Assembly: GCA_045577735.1 (NCBI GenBank)
Contig: JAZNIY010000025.1
Location: 130,007-194,006, forward strand
Direction of reading: 5' to 3'
DNA length: 64,000 nt
Origin: Candidatus Stercoripulliclostridium sp.
Lineage (GTDB): Bacteria; Bacillota; Clostridia; Christensenellales; DTU072
The notes beneath the pieces were generated by a model. The model saw only the letters and a program-made list of their open reading frames with translations. It had not been told where the DNA came from and ran no database searches. Shown here in pieces: positions 1-10,100 of this stretch. The position numbers were made by a program, and so were the translations under genes. Positions within the stretch are counted from its first letter, which is position 1. Each line of letters begins with the position of its first letter.

Positions 1-2
1 CT

Positions 3-1322
3 CAAAGCCTATTTATGAGCCTTCTCCCCAGAATTTATCAAATCATCAAGGAGATCAACCAACGTTATTGTGCAGACCTTTGGAACGTATTCCCCGGTGA
101 CTGGAACAGAATTGCAAATAACGCAATCTTGAGCGATTTTGAAATTAGAATGGCAAATCTTTGCCTAGTAGCATCACATACCGTAAACGGCGTTTCTCAA
201 CTTCATAGCGATATTTTGAAGAATGACGTATTCGCTGATTACTATAAAGTAGCTCCCGAAAAGTTCACCAACGTAACCAATGGTATTACCCATCGTCGTT
301 GGCTAGCAGAGGCAAACCCCTTGCTCACTGCATATCTAAAAGAACTAATAGGGGACAAATTCCTTAAGGACGCAAGCGAACTTGAAAACTTGATGAAGTA
401 TCAAGGAAACAAACAAGTTTTGGACAGATGGGCAGAAATTAAGTTTAAGAACAAGGAGCGTCTTGCAGAATACGTTAAGAAGTCCAACAACGTTATACTC
501 GATCCCAACTCTATTTTCGACGTACAAGTTAAGAGATTGCACGAGTACAAGCGTCAACTTCTTAATGCACTACAAATATTGTACCTATACAATCGCTTGA
601 AGGAAAATCCCGACCTTGATATTACGCCTAGAACCTTCATATTCGGAGCTAAAGCTGCAAGTAGTTACTACGTTGCAAAGCTCATTATGCGCCTCATCTA
701 TATGATTGGTGAAGTGGTTAACAACGATAAGTCCATTAAAGGAAAACTTAAAGTTGTATTCCTAGAAAACTACCGTGTTTCACTTGCAGAAATCATTATG
801 CCCGCAGCTGAAATTAGTGAACAAATTTCCACAGCCGGTAAAGAAGCAAGTGGTACCGGCAATATGAAGTTTATGATTAACGGTGCCGTTACACTAGGCA
901 CGATGGATGGCGCTAACGTAGAAATCCACGAAAGAGTAGGTGACGAGAACATCTTCATTTTCGGTTTGTTAACCGAAGAAGTAGAAAAGTTGCGTGCAAA
1001 CTATAACCCCACTGAGTACTACTCTAAAGATATGCGCATCAAGCAAATTATCGACCAATTAAGAGTGGGTATTGGTGGCGTAAGTTTTGCTGAACTTGCC
1101 GACAACCTCACCCGTGGTCGTGGTGGTGCAGATCCCTATATGGTACTAGCTGACTTTGGTTCCTACGTAGATGCTCAAGCAAGAGTAGACAGCACCTATA
1201 AAGACAAATATCGTTTCCAAAAGATGAGCTTGGTTAATACTGCTAAAGCAGGTTTCTTCGCAGCTGACCGTAGCGTTGAAGAGTATGCAAAGCGTATTTG
1301 GGGACTCAAAAGCGTTAAATAG
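3..1322 (+). CDS. glgP: glycogen/maltodextrin phosphorylase, C-terminal ~440 aa (5' end outside window)
   Basis: Frame is open from the window edge. It contains the GT35 pyridoxal-phosphate lysine motif EASGTGNMKFMINGA and the conserved C-terminal phosphorylase core. Stop is TAG at 1320-1322. Confidence 0.9.
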   Translation, partial: QSLFMSLLPRIYQIIKEINQRYCADLWNVFPGDWNRIANNAILSDFEIRMANLCLVASHTVNGVSQLHSDILKNDVFADYYKVAPEKFTNVTNGITHRRWLAEANPLLTAYLKELIGDKFLKDASELENLMKYQGNKQVLDRWAEIKFKNKERLAEYVKKSNNVILDPNSIFDVQVKRLHEYKRQLLNALQILYLYNRLKENPDLDITPRTFIFGAKAASSYYVAKLIMRLIYMIGEVVNNDKSIKGKLKVVFLENYRVSLAEIIMPAAEISEQISTAGKEASGTGNMKFMINGAVTLGTMDGANVEIHERVGDENIFIFGLLTEEVEKLRANYNPTEYYSKDMRIKQIIDQLRVGIGGVSFAELADNLTRGRGGADPYMVLADFGSYVDAQARVDSTYKDKYRFQKMSLVNTAKAGFFAADRSVEEYAKRIWGLKSVK

Positions 1323-1340
1323 GACACCATAACGACACAA

Positions 1341-3050
1341 ATGCTTAAGTTTAATTCACGTGATACAACATACAAAACACCCTTTGGTGCGGTAGCAACC
1401 CACCAAAGGGTGAACCTTTTATTCCCGGTAGATAAAACCCTAGGTGCTATTGGGGTTGTTCTTGTTGTGCGTGGGGGTGAAACTTGGAAATTCGACATGC
1501 ATTACTCTGGAAGTGATGCTGGTTATGACAACTACAAGATAGAATTCATCTTGCCTAACGCTGGAATCTATTACTATAGGTTTGAAGTCGTTACCTCCAA
1601 AGGCATGTTGTTCGTTGGCAAGGACGAGAGTGGTAAAGCCATTATTGGTGATTGGCTACCGGAGTGGCAACTAACTTGTTACGATAACGCTTTTAGCACT
1701 CCCAGCTGGTTAAAGGGTGGCGTTATATACCACATTTTCCCCGATCGCTTTAATAGAGAAGAGGATGGTGTAAGACCGGTTAAAGGACCTTTTAAGGAAT
1801 GGGACGAACCGTTGACGATTGTGGATCCGGACGGAGTCTATCGCGCAAACGATTTTTATGGTGGTAACGCTCGAGGGGTTATGGCAAAGTTACCATATTT
1901 AAAAGACTTGGGCATTACTTGCATATACTTTTCTCCCGTATTCGAGTCCTACTCCAATCATCGATACGATACTGCAGACTACACGAAGATAGATAGGCTT
2001 TTTGGTAGCGAAGAAGACTTCAAAGCTCTAATCGATGAAGCTCAAAAGTATGGTATCAATATCATATTGGATGGTGTTTTCAACCATACAGGAGCAGACT
2101 CTATTTACTTTAATAAATTTGGTACTTACCCGGGAAAAGGGGCATATCAGTCCAAAGACAGCAAGTACTACGATTGGTTTACTTTTGAGGAGTTCCCTGA
2201 CGTTTACGATTGTTGGTGGGGATGCACCGTAGTGCCAACGGTATCTAGAAAGGCAAAGCCATTTCAAGATTTTATAACCGGAGAGGGTGGAGTAATAGAC
2301 AAATGGACGAGGCTTGGCGTTAAAGGCTGGAGGCTGGACGTTGTCGACGAGCTCTCTACACCCTTTGTAAGGTCCATAAGAGAGGCAACGAAGCGTGTAA
2401 ATAATGAAATCGCAGTAATAGGCGAGGTATGGGAAGACGCTAGCACAAAGGAGAGCTACGGCGAGAAGCGTACCTATTTCCTAGGCAAAGAACTCGATGG
2501 CGTTATGAATTATCCCTTCCGTACGGCAATAATAAATGCCGTTACTAAAAAGGATGGATTGGCGTTTAAGAATGCTGTTTATGACATAATGGAAAACTAC
2601 CCTAAGTGCGCTCTTGACTGCTGTATGGGGCTTGTAGGGACTCACGATACCATTAGAATATTAAACGTACTCGCTGAGGTTGAAGTGCCCCAAACCAAGC
2701 AAGAAAAGTTGGATTACGTACTTACCCGAGAGGAGTATGAAAAGGGCGTTAGAAGGGTAAAGATGGCTTCTGCGTTACAATTCTTCCTCCCCGGTGTGCC
2801 TACAATTTACTATGGTGACGAGATTGGAATGGATGGATTTGAAGACCCAATTAATCGTAGACCATATGCTTGGTCCAACCCTAATTTAGAGTTACTGGAG
2901 CATTACAAAATGCTAGGTAAAATGCACAAGGAATTTGGACTAGAGGATTGCGTTATAAATGCATTAAAGGGGATAATCGAAATTAAACGTGGTGATTATT
3001 ACTTGACTGTAAACCTTGAAGAAGAAATTTTCAAGATAGAAAAAAGATAA
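1341..3050 (+). CDS. GH13 alpha-amylase family enzyme (neopullulanase/cyclomaltodextrinase-like)
   Basis: GH13 conserved regions are present: GVIYHIFPDRF, DGVFNHTG (region I), GWRLDVVDE (II, nucleophile Asp), EVWED (III), VGTHDT (IV). It starts 18 nt after glgP. Confidence 0.85.
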   Translation: MLKFNSRDTTYKTPFGAVATHQRVNLLFPVDKTLGAIGVVLVVRGGETWKFDMHYSGSDAGYDNYKIEFILPNAGIYYYRFEVVTSKGMLFVGKDESGKAIIGDWLPEWQLTCYDNAFSTPSWLKGGVIYHIFPDRFNREEDGVRPVKGPFKEWDEPLTIVDPDGVYRANDFYGGNARGVMAKLPYLKDLGITCIYFSPVFESYSNHRYDTADYTKIDRLFGSEEDFKALIDEAQKYGINIILDGVFNHTGADSIYFNKFGTYPGKGAYQSKDSKYYDWFTFEEFPDVYDCWWGCTVVPTVSRKAKPFQDFITGEGGVIDKWTRLGVKGWRLDVVDELSTPFVRSIREATKRVNNEIAVIGEVWEDASTKESYGEKRTYFLGKELDGVMNYPFRTAIINAVTKKDGLAFKNAVYDIMENYPKCALDCCMGLVGTHDTIRILNVLAEVEVPQTKQEKLDYVLTREEYEKGVRRVKMASALQFFLPGVPTIYYGDEIGMDGFEDPINRRPYAWSNPNLELLEHYKMLGKMHKEFGLEDCVINALKGIIEIKRGDYYLTVNLEEEIFKIEKR

Positions 3051-3071
3051 TAATGTTGTATTTATTAAAAC

Positions 3072-3100
3072 AAAAAAGGGAACTTAGCGTTCCCTTTTTT
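3072..3100. terminator. bidirectional Rho-independent terminator between convergent genes
   Basis: A6-GGGAAC-TTAGC-GTTCCC-T6 hairpin flanked by A and T runs. Confidence 0.7.
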
Positions 3101-3119
3101 ATTACGATATAGTCTGTAA

Positions 3120-4787
3120 TTATTTGGTGTCTTTAAATATGAAATTGTTATTTTCGATACCCAAAGTCTTCTTTGCCATATCACGAAGTACGAATTTTTG
3201 GATTTTTCCACTTGCCGTCATAGGCATCTTGCTTATGAATTCAACGTAGGAAGGAACCTTGTGACGAGCCATGTTGTTTGCAACGTAGTTTTGAATATCT
3301 TTTTCGGTAACGGTGCTACCAGCTCTCTTGGTAACGAAAGCATAGGCTTCTTCGCCATATTTTTGGCTGGGTACAGCTACGATTTGAACGTCAACAACGT
3401 CGGGGTGTGTATAAATGAAGTCTTCAATTTCTTTGGGGAAGATGTTTTCACCACCACGTATAATCATATCCTTTAGTCTGCCGGTAATTCTATAGTAGCC
3501 GTCGTCATCTTTAACTGCAATGTCACCGGTGTGTAGCCAACCGTCTTTATCAATAGCCGCAACAGTTGCTTCGGGCATTTTGTAGTAACCCTTCATAACG
3601 TTATAGCCACGAACGACGAATTCGCCGGGGGTGCCGTTGGGTACGTCTTCGCCGGTGTCGGCATCAACGATTTTTGTTTCCATAAAGGGAAGTTCTTTAC
3701 CTACGGTTGCAACACGATGTTCAAAGGTTTCATCGGTGGTGGTCATAGTGCAAGCAGGGCTAGCTTCGGTTTGACCATAGGTGATGGTGATTTCCTTCAT
3801 GTTCATCTTGTCTATAACGTCTTGCATAACCTTAATAGGGCAGGGAGAACCAGCCATAATACCGGTACGCAAGGAGCTAAAGTCATAGCGGTTAAAGTCG
3901 CGGTGCTCTAACATTCTAATATACATTGTGGGAACGCCGTGAACAGCCGTGCACTTTTCGTATTCTATAGCGTGCATAACTTTCATGGGTGTATACCATA
4001 GCAATGGAACCATTGCCGTGCCGTGGGTGACGCTAGCCATAATTGCTAGAACCATACCGAAGCAATGGAAGAAGGGTACGGGAATACAAAGCTTATCTTT
4101 GTCGGTAAACTTCATGCAATTACCAATGGCAAGGCCGTTATTAACTATGTTGTTATGAGTAAGCATAACGCCTTTTGGGAAACCGGTGGTACCCGAAGTA
4201 TACTGCATATTTACAACGTCATCAGGATGAACGGCATCCTTAATGGCTTGGAATTCGGCATCGCTAATAAGAACGCCAAAGTGAGGAACTTGTGACCAAT
4301 GGTACATACCTTCGTACCAGTTATCGAAGCTTACAACGTATTTCAAGAAGGGGAGGGTTGCATTGTTAAGTTCACCGGGCTTAGAAGTGCGTAACTCGGG
4401 GCAAACGGAATATATAATCTTTTCGCAGTCGATATCTTTAATACCATCACAAATAAATAGTGCTTTACTATCGGAGTTTGAAAGTAGGTATTCAAGTTCT
4501 GCTTCCTTGTAGTTGGTGTTAACGGTAACTAGGACGGCACCAATTTTTGCAGTAGCGAAGAACAGAATCATCCATTCCGGATAGTTTGTTGCCCATACTG
4601 CAACGTGATCGCCGGGCTTGATGCCCATGCCTAGAAGGCCTCTAGCATAATCATCAACTTCTGCATTAAACTGGTAATAAGTGCGTTTGTAGTTAACTTC
4701 AATGTACTTTATTGCCAAGTTGGTTGGGTATTTGGACGCGATATCTTCAAGCATTTGTCCAACTGTGACGTTAAGTAATTTGTCCAT
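3120..4787 (-). CDS. AMP-dependent acyl-CoA synthetase/ligase (fatty-acid-CoA ligase-like)
   Basis: Contains the AMP-binding signature YTSGTTGFPKGV, plus GEFVVRGYNVMKGYY, GWLHTGD and GKIQK motifs typical of the ANL superfamily. Confidence 0.85.
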   Translation of the reverse strand: MDKLLNVTVGQMLEDIASKYPTNLAIKYIEVNYKRTYYQFNAEVDDYARGLLGMGIKPGDHVAVWATNYPEWMILFFATAKIGAVLVTVNTNYKEAELEYLLSNSDSKALFICDGIKDIDCEKIIYSVCPELRTSKPGELNNATLPFLKYVVSFDNWYEGMYHWSQVPHFGVLISDAEFQAIKDAVHPDDVVNMQYTSGTTGFPKGVMLTHNNIVNNGLAIGNCMKFTDKDKLCIPVPFFHCFGMVLAIMASVTHGTAMVPLLWYTPMKVMHAIEYEKCTAVHGVPTMYIRMLEHRDFNRYDFSSLRTGIMAGSPCPIKVMQDVIDKMNMKEITITYGQTEASPACTMTTTDETFEHRVATVGKELPFMETKIVDADTGEDVPNGTPGEFVVRGYNVMKGYYKMPEATVAAIDKDGWLHTGDIAVKDDDGYYRITGRLKDMIIRGGENIFPKEIEDFIYTHPDVVDVQIVAVPSQKYGEEAYAFVTKRAGSTVTEKDIQNYVANNMARHKVPSYVEFISKMPMTASGKIQKFVLRDMAKKTLGIENNNFIFKDTK

Positions 4788-4811
4788 TTTTTGAGTTCTC
4801 CTAATGTATAT

Positions 4812-5909
4812 CTAGAATAATAATTGTTTGATGATATGGAATACGTCGGTGTTATCGAGTAGGGCGGGAAGACCCTCGGTGCCTACACCGTAAGCGTAAT
4901 AATGTATGTTTTGGGGAGTATGGCCGGAACTGTGGAACCAGTCGTTTGAAATATCTTCAGCTTTTGCTTCGGCGGGAATCTTGAGATTGCCGGTTTCGTG
5001 GTCTGCAAGGACTATAACGGTGGTGTTACCATTCTTTTTTGCCCAGGCAACGGCTCTTGAAACAGCAGCATCAAAACCATTAAGTTCGTCTATCATTTTG
5101 TTGATTTCGTTGGTGTGTGAATAGCTATCAATCTTGGAGCCTTCAACCATAAGGAAGAAGCCGTTCTCATTTTCCAATTTAGAGAGAGCGGTATCGGTTA
5201 AGGAAGCGAGGGTGTTTCTACCGATGTTGGGGATATCTTCGTCCAATAAACCAAAGATTTTTTCGGAAGTAGAAGCATTAATCTCTTCAAAAGAGGTGCA
5301 ATAATCACGATCGTTGGTTTGAATTGAGCTTGCTAGAGCTTTTAATTCATTGTTATTAAGACCAAACAAAACGTCTACGTCGCTAGCAACAATTTGTGAA
5401 GCGATTTCAGCTGTGTTGTTACGGCTTTTGCTGTGAGCAAGGAATGCTGCGGGGGTAGCATCGGTTACTGGTTTCGTTGCAATTATGCCTACTTTCTTGC
5501 CGTTTTGCATTGCAAGTTCTGCAATAGTAGGGATGTTTTTGCCGTCAAGATAGGAAAGCCTACCATTGTAGGTTTTAACACCCGTAGCGTAGGTGGTTGC
5601 AGAGGCGGCGGAATCGGTTGCACCGGCAGACAAACTTCTCGTCATAATCTCACCGGTAACGTTAAGCTTTCTCATATTTAATAGGGAGCCGTTGTTGTAA
5701 AGTTCTGCCGTCTTAATATGGTTTAATCCCATACCGTCACCAATTAGCAGAATGACGTTTTGAGCATTTTCTTCCACAACGGGATCGGTACCATAATTAA
5801 AAAAGTACACGCCGAAAAGGGTAAGACTGCCTGCGATAGTAACAAGTAGTACGCAACTAATGACTATCCATAGTATTTTCTTTTGCTTCTTTAAATCAAT
5901 TTCTTTCAT
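4812..5909 (-). CDS. alkaline phosphatase family protein, N-terminally membrane anchored
   Basis: Motifs LLIGDGMG and TDSAASATTYATG (active-site Ser context). N-terminal hydrophobic helix ILWIVISCVLLVTIAGSLTLFGVYFF. Confidence 0.8.
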   Translation of the reverse strand: MKEIDLKKQKKILWIVISCVLLVTIAGSLTLFGVYFFNYGTDPVVEENAQNVILLIGDGMGLNHIKTAELYNNGSLLNMRKLNVTGEIMTRSLSAGATDSAASATTYATGVKTYNGRLSYLDGKNIPTIAELAMQNGKKVGIIATKPVTDATPAAFLAHSKSRNNTAEIASQIVASDVDVLFGLNNNELKALASSIQTNDRDYCTSFEEINASTSEKIFGLLDEDIPNIGRNTLASLTDTALSKLENENGFFLMVEGSKIDSYSHTNEINKMIDELNGFDAAVSRAVAWAKKNGNTTVIVLADHETGNLKIPAEAKAEDISNDWFHSSGHTPQNIHYYAYGVGTEGLPALLDNTDVFHIIKQLLF

Positions 5910-5917
5910 TTCTACTC

Positions 5918-6904
5918 CTAATATATTTCAAAGCAAGCAAGCTCATAGGTGGGAATTGTTTCTTTAAAAGGATTATTCTTAACTCTGCTACCTTGTCCAA
6001 AACATATTAATATTAGTTCTCTTTCGGAAATGGCGAAGCCTTCTGAAAGGGTGGTGGTAAGGTTGGAGAAACGTCCTGCCTTAACAATTAGTTTATAGTT
6101 TACTTCATCTATCTTGAAAACCACTTCACCACTTACTTTGTTGTAGGGAATGGTTTTTAAGAGTTCCTCGTAGGAAAGAATAGCCCCCATGGAGTAGTCA
6201 ACGTTTCCGCCAAACAGGGGAATGGTGTAGCCCTTTGGTAGAGGGGCCCCGGCGAAGAGTTCTTCTCTCTTTGCAAGTGCTTCTACACATACTCCGTCTT
6301 CACACCAAATGTAACCACAAGGGATACTGTTTTCATAAATTAGGTAACCGAAACCGCCGTGTTTTAGCGAGTTGCCAATTAGTAACTCGCATTCATTTAG
6401 GGTACGAATTCTATAACCAACGTAAGTCGAAATAATTTGGTTATAAAGTTCCGAAACAAGGGGTAAATCATCCGCTTGCATTTTCCTAAAAACAACGTTG
6501 TCCAATGCTGTCTTGGTGGGCGTTATTCTTGTTACGTAATTTATTGTTTCAAACCCCAATTTCCTGTAAAAATCGTGGTTGAATGGGTGTAGTAGTACGA
6601 AGGGGTATCCTTCTTTTTTTAGCTCTGCTTTGGCCTTTTCTACGACCTCTCTGGCAAAGCCTTTGTAGCGATGAAGAGGGGAGGTTGCGACGCCGGTTAG
6701 AAAAGGAATTTTAACAACCTTTCCGTTTAGTGCTAGGTCGAAGAAACGGGCGTAGCAAGCAGAAACGATTACTCCCTCGCTTTCAACGAGATAGGCTTTA
6801 CACTGTGGCATGCGATTTTCAAAGAAAAACTCGGCGTAATCTCCGTCGTTAAAGCAGACCTTATGCAACGCTATGAGTTGGTTTTTTTGTTTTTCATTCA
6901 ACAT
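5918..6904 (-). CDS. GNAT family N-acetyltransferase, Eis-like (GNAT plus SCP2-like C-terminus)
   Basis: GNAT motif A region VATSPLHRYKGFAREVV. The 328-aa length and beta-rich C-terminal third resemble Eis-type enzymes. Identified by eye only. Confidence 0.55.
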   Translation of the reverse strand: MLNEKQKNQLIALHKVCFNDGDYAEFFFENRMPQCKAYLVESEGVIVSACYARFFDLALNGKVVKIPFLTGVATSPLHRYKGFAREVVEKAKAELKKEGYPFVLLHPFNHDFYRKLGFETINYVTRITPTKTALDNVVFRKMQADDLPLVSELYNQIISTYVGYRIRTLNECELLIGNSLKHGGFGYLIYENSIPCGYIWCEDGVCVEALAKREELFAGAPLPKGYTIPLFGGNVDYSMGAILSYEELLKTIPYNKVSGEVVFKIDEVNYKLIVKAGRFSNLTTTLSEGFAISERELILICFGQGSRVKNNPFKETIPTYELACFEIY

Positions 6905-7016
6905 TTTCTTCCGTCAACCGCAAAATGTGTAAATTTCGGGATGTTAGTATGTTAACAAAATTTTATTATAAATGCAAGCGCTCGCGTGTAATTTTAGTAA
7001 ATAATTAAAAAAGGTC

Positions 7017-7045
7017 TTGCCAAAAGACGCTCTTTATTATATTAT
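7017..7045 (+). promoter_or_regulatory. putative sigma-A type promoter of the giant surface protein gene
   Basis: TTGCCA (7017-7022), 17-nt spacer, TATTAT (7040-7045). This would leave a leader of about 60 nt before the SD AAGAGG. Confidence 0.4.
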
Positions 7046-7113
7046 ATATGTGCACACGCGAGAGGACGAGTGCGAACGTCTAATCGCAAAACAGCAAAAA
7101 GAGGTTTATTACA

Positions 7114-10100
7114 ATGACAAACAGGCTTAAATTTCCAGTTCTAATGCTAACGATTATAGCTCTTACCCTTGCAGTATTGGTCTCGTGTACTTCTGTAGGG
7201 ATTGCTTCCGTACAAGTTAAGGAAGGTTGCGAATATAAAACTGAATACGTCATTGGTGATGAACTCGATTTAACGGGTATTGAACTCGTCGTTACTCGCA
7301 CGGACGGCGAAGTTTACACCGTACTTGCAACCGACGTAAGAACGGACATAAAAGTTATGAACTTCAAAACCGACGTTGCTCAAGAGGCTTTGAACGTAGT
7401 CATAGAATACAAAGGCACGGCAACCAGCATTTTGATTAACGTTCGTGACAAGGCCGGTTCCGTTGCGAAGTACACTGTTTCTTTCAGCACGGGTGAAGGA
7501 CAGAGAGTAGAGCCAATTATGGCGGGTGAATTCGAGTCCATTACTGCCCCCGAAGATCCCACCAGAGAGGGATACGTCTTTGACGGTTGGTACAAGCAAT
7601 CAACGTTGAACGACAAATGGGATTTTAACATCGACAAGGTGGTAGCTGATACCACCCTTTATGCTAAGTGGTCAAAACTTTACAGCATAACTTTCAAACA
7701 CGACCAAAATTACACTCCCGGTAGGGAAGACGTCGTTAAATACGTTAAAGCCGGTGCAAACCTAACGGATATCCCAACCGTTCCTCCCATTGAAGGTATG
7801 GTAGGTAGCTGGGACAGAACAAACTTTACCGACATATATAGCAATATAGTAGTTAACGCTCAATACAAAGTTGCAACTTTTAGAGTTGCCTTCTACTACA
7901 TGGATTCCGACGGCGTTACACCCATTGAACTAATGGTGTTTGAAAACGTTCCCTATAAGACCAATCTTGCCGAGGTTTATGCTGACGAAATCGAAAGACT
8001 TAATACCCAAGAAGTTCCCAAATATAGTGAGGACGGAACAAGACACTTTTCGGGCAAGTGGTCACAAAGTTTTACCGAGATAGTTTCCGATCTTAACATT
8101 GAAGCGTTGTATGAAATAAACAAATACGACGTAACCTTCCTGAGAAACTACGAAGAGGATACGGATCCTGATTTTAATCCCGTTTATGAAGTAGCAACGG
8201 GTATTACTCATAATAACCCCGTTAATAGTCCTACGAAAGGAGCGCCCGAGCGTCCCGGATACGTTTTCGACGGCTGGTACAAGAATGCCCAATGCACCGA
8301 CGGCTACAATTGGAACTTCGATACGGATCGCGTTACTGGAAACATTAATATTTACGCAAAATGGACAAAACTATTCTACGTTCGCTATTGGTTGAGCGAG
8401 GATGAGCTATATCAAACCGTAGAAGTTAGAGAGCATGGTAACGCTGTTCGCGCACCATTGCCGGTAAAAGAAGGTCACAGCGCAGAATGGGTTATTATTA
8501 GTAATGAGCAACAAGATCCAATCACGAACAACACGCTTGAAAACGTTATGTCCGACCTAAATATATATGTTAGGTTCACCATTAACACCTATAGGGTTAC
8601 GTTTTATAACTACAACGGTGAAAAAGTTAACGAGCAAACCGTAGAGTATGGTAAAGATGCCACCAGTCCCGAAGAGAAACCTAAAAGATTAGGTTATAAG
8701 TTCGTAAGCTGGGGACAAGATGAAAACGAATATAAAAACATCAAAATGGATACCGACGTAACTGCTAGGTTTGAAGCCGATGGCTTTAAAGTATCCGTTG
8801 TTCCCAACGTACTAGGATTGGAAACCACCTTTAGTATTGTGGCCTCATATGATGCAACCATTGCATCTAATAGGGACAATGCAACCAAGTTGGAGCTTAA
8901 CTACGATGGTTATCATTTTGACGGCTGGTATACCGATACTGCTTGGACAAAGCCTTGGAACGTTAACACCACCGTATTCAACGTTAATTCCGTTGTTACC
9001 AATACACCCAATAGGGACAACCAATCAATGGAAGACAAGACGGCTGAGGTAGAAAATAGATTCTCTAATAACCAAAACGTTATTATGACGATATACGCCA
9101 AGTGGTCCAAGATACATACAATTTTATTGTATGATGAGAACGATACGCCCTTTGATCAAATGGCTATTGTTAACGGCGAAATTCTACTAGAAGAGAGCCT
9201 TCCCGAAATAGAAAAGAAAGAAGGTAAAACCGGTGCTTGGTGTGAACGCAACAGCGAGGTACCCTTCGATTTCACGAGTCCCATTTTTAATGACGTAGCA
9301 CTATCCATCGTCTACACAACCAACGTATATACCGTTTCTTTCTACAAAGGCATAGGTGATTTCCACCATAGCGTACAAGTTGAGCACAACGGTAGGGTAG
9401 AAGGAGCCATTCCCGATCCCGTAGTAGAAGGAAAGGTCTTTAAAGGATGGGACAAGAGCCTAGACCAACTCATAGTTGAAAATACCGACTTTATGGCATT
9501 GTTTGATCCTATGTACTATACCGTTCTTTGGATTTACAATGGCATAACTTATGCCACTACGGAGGTTGAGCACGGCACTCAAGCCATATTCCCTGCCGGA
9601 GTAGATTTGCCCGTAAGAGAAGGGTATAAGTTGACTCAATGGACTACTTCCGACGTTGACTTGAATGGTAATGCATTAGACGTTAACAGCGTTAAGGCAA
9701 ATATGAGGGTCTATCCCGAATGGAGCATAAATATTTATGACGTGGAGTTTAGGGATAGAGATACGAACGACATATACCTCCAATATGACGGCGTTACCTA
9801 CCACGAATTACAACGTAAGAGGTATGGAGATGCGATTGAAGTTGACGTAACCGTACCTAACCCGGTTAAGGAAGGCATGGACTTTATCGGTTGGACCATT
9901 GGCACGCTAACCGTTAGTTATGACAATGAACTCGCTTCTTGGGTATTGACGAGAGAGAGCGGTGAAGAGGGCGTACATTCCTTCAATACCAATAGTGTAT
10001 CCTTCATTTTAAGAGGAAACAAATACTATTATTCCTATGAAACTCCCACGAATATTGCAAATATGATTGCAAGCAACTGGGATGCAAGTAAGATCTTTGA

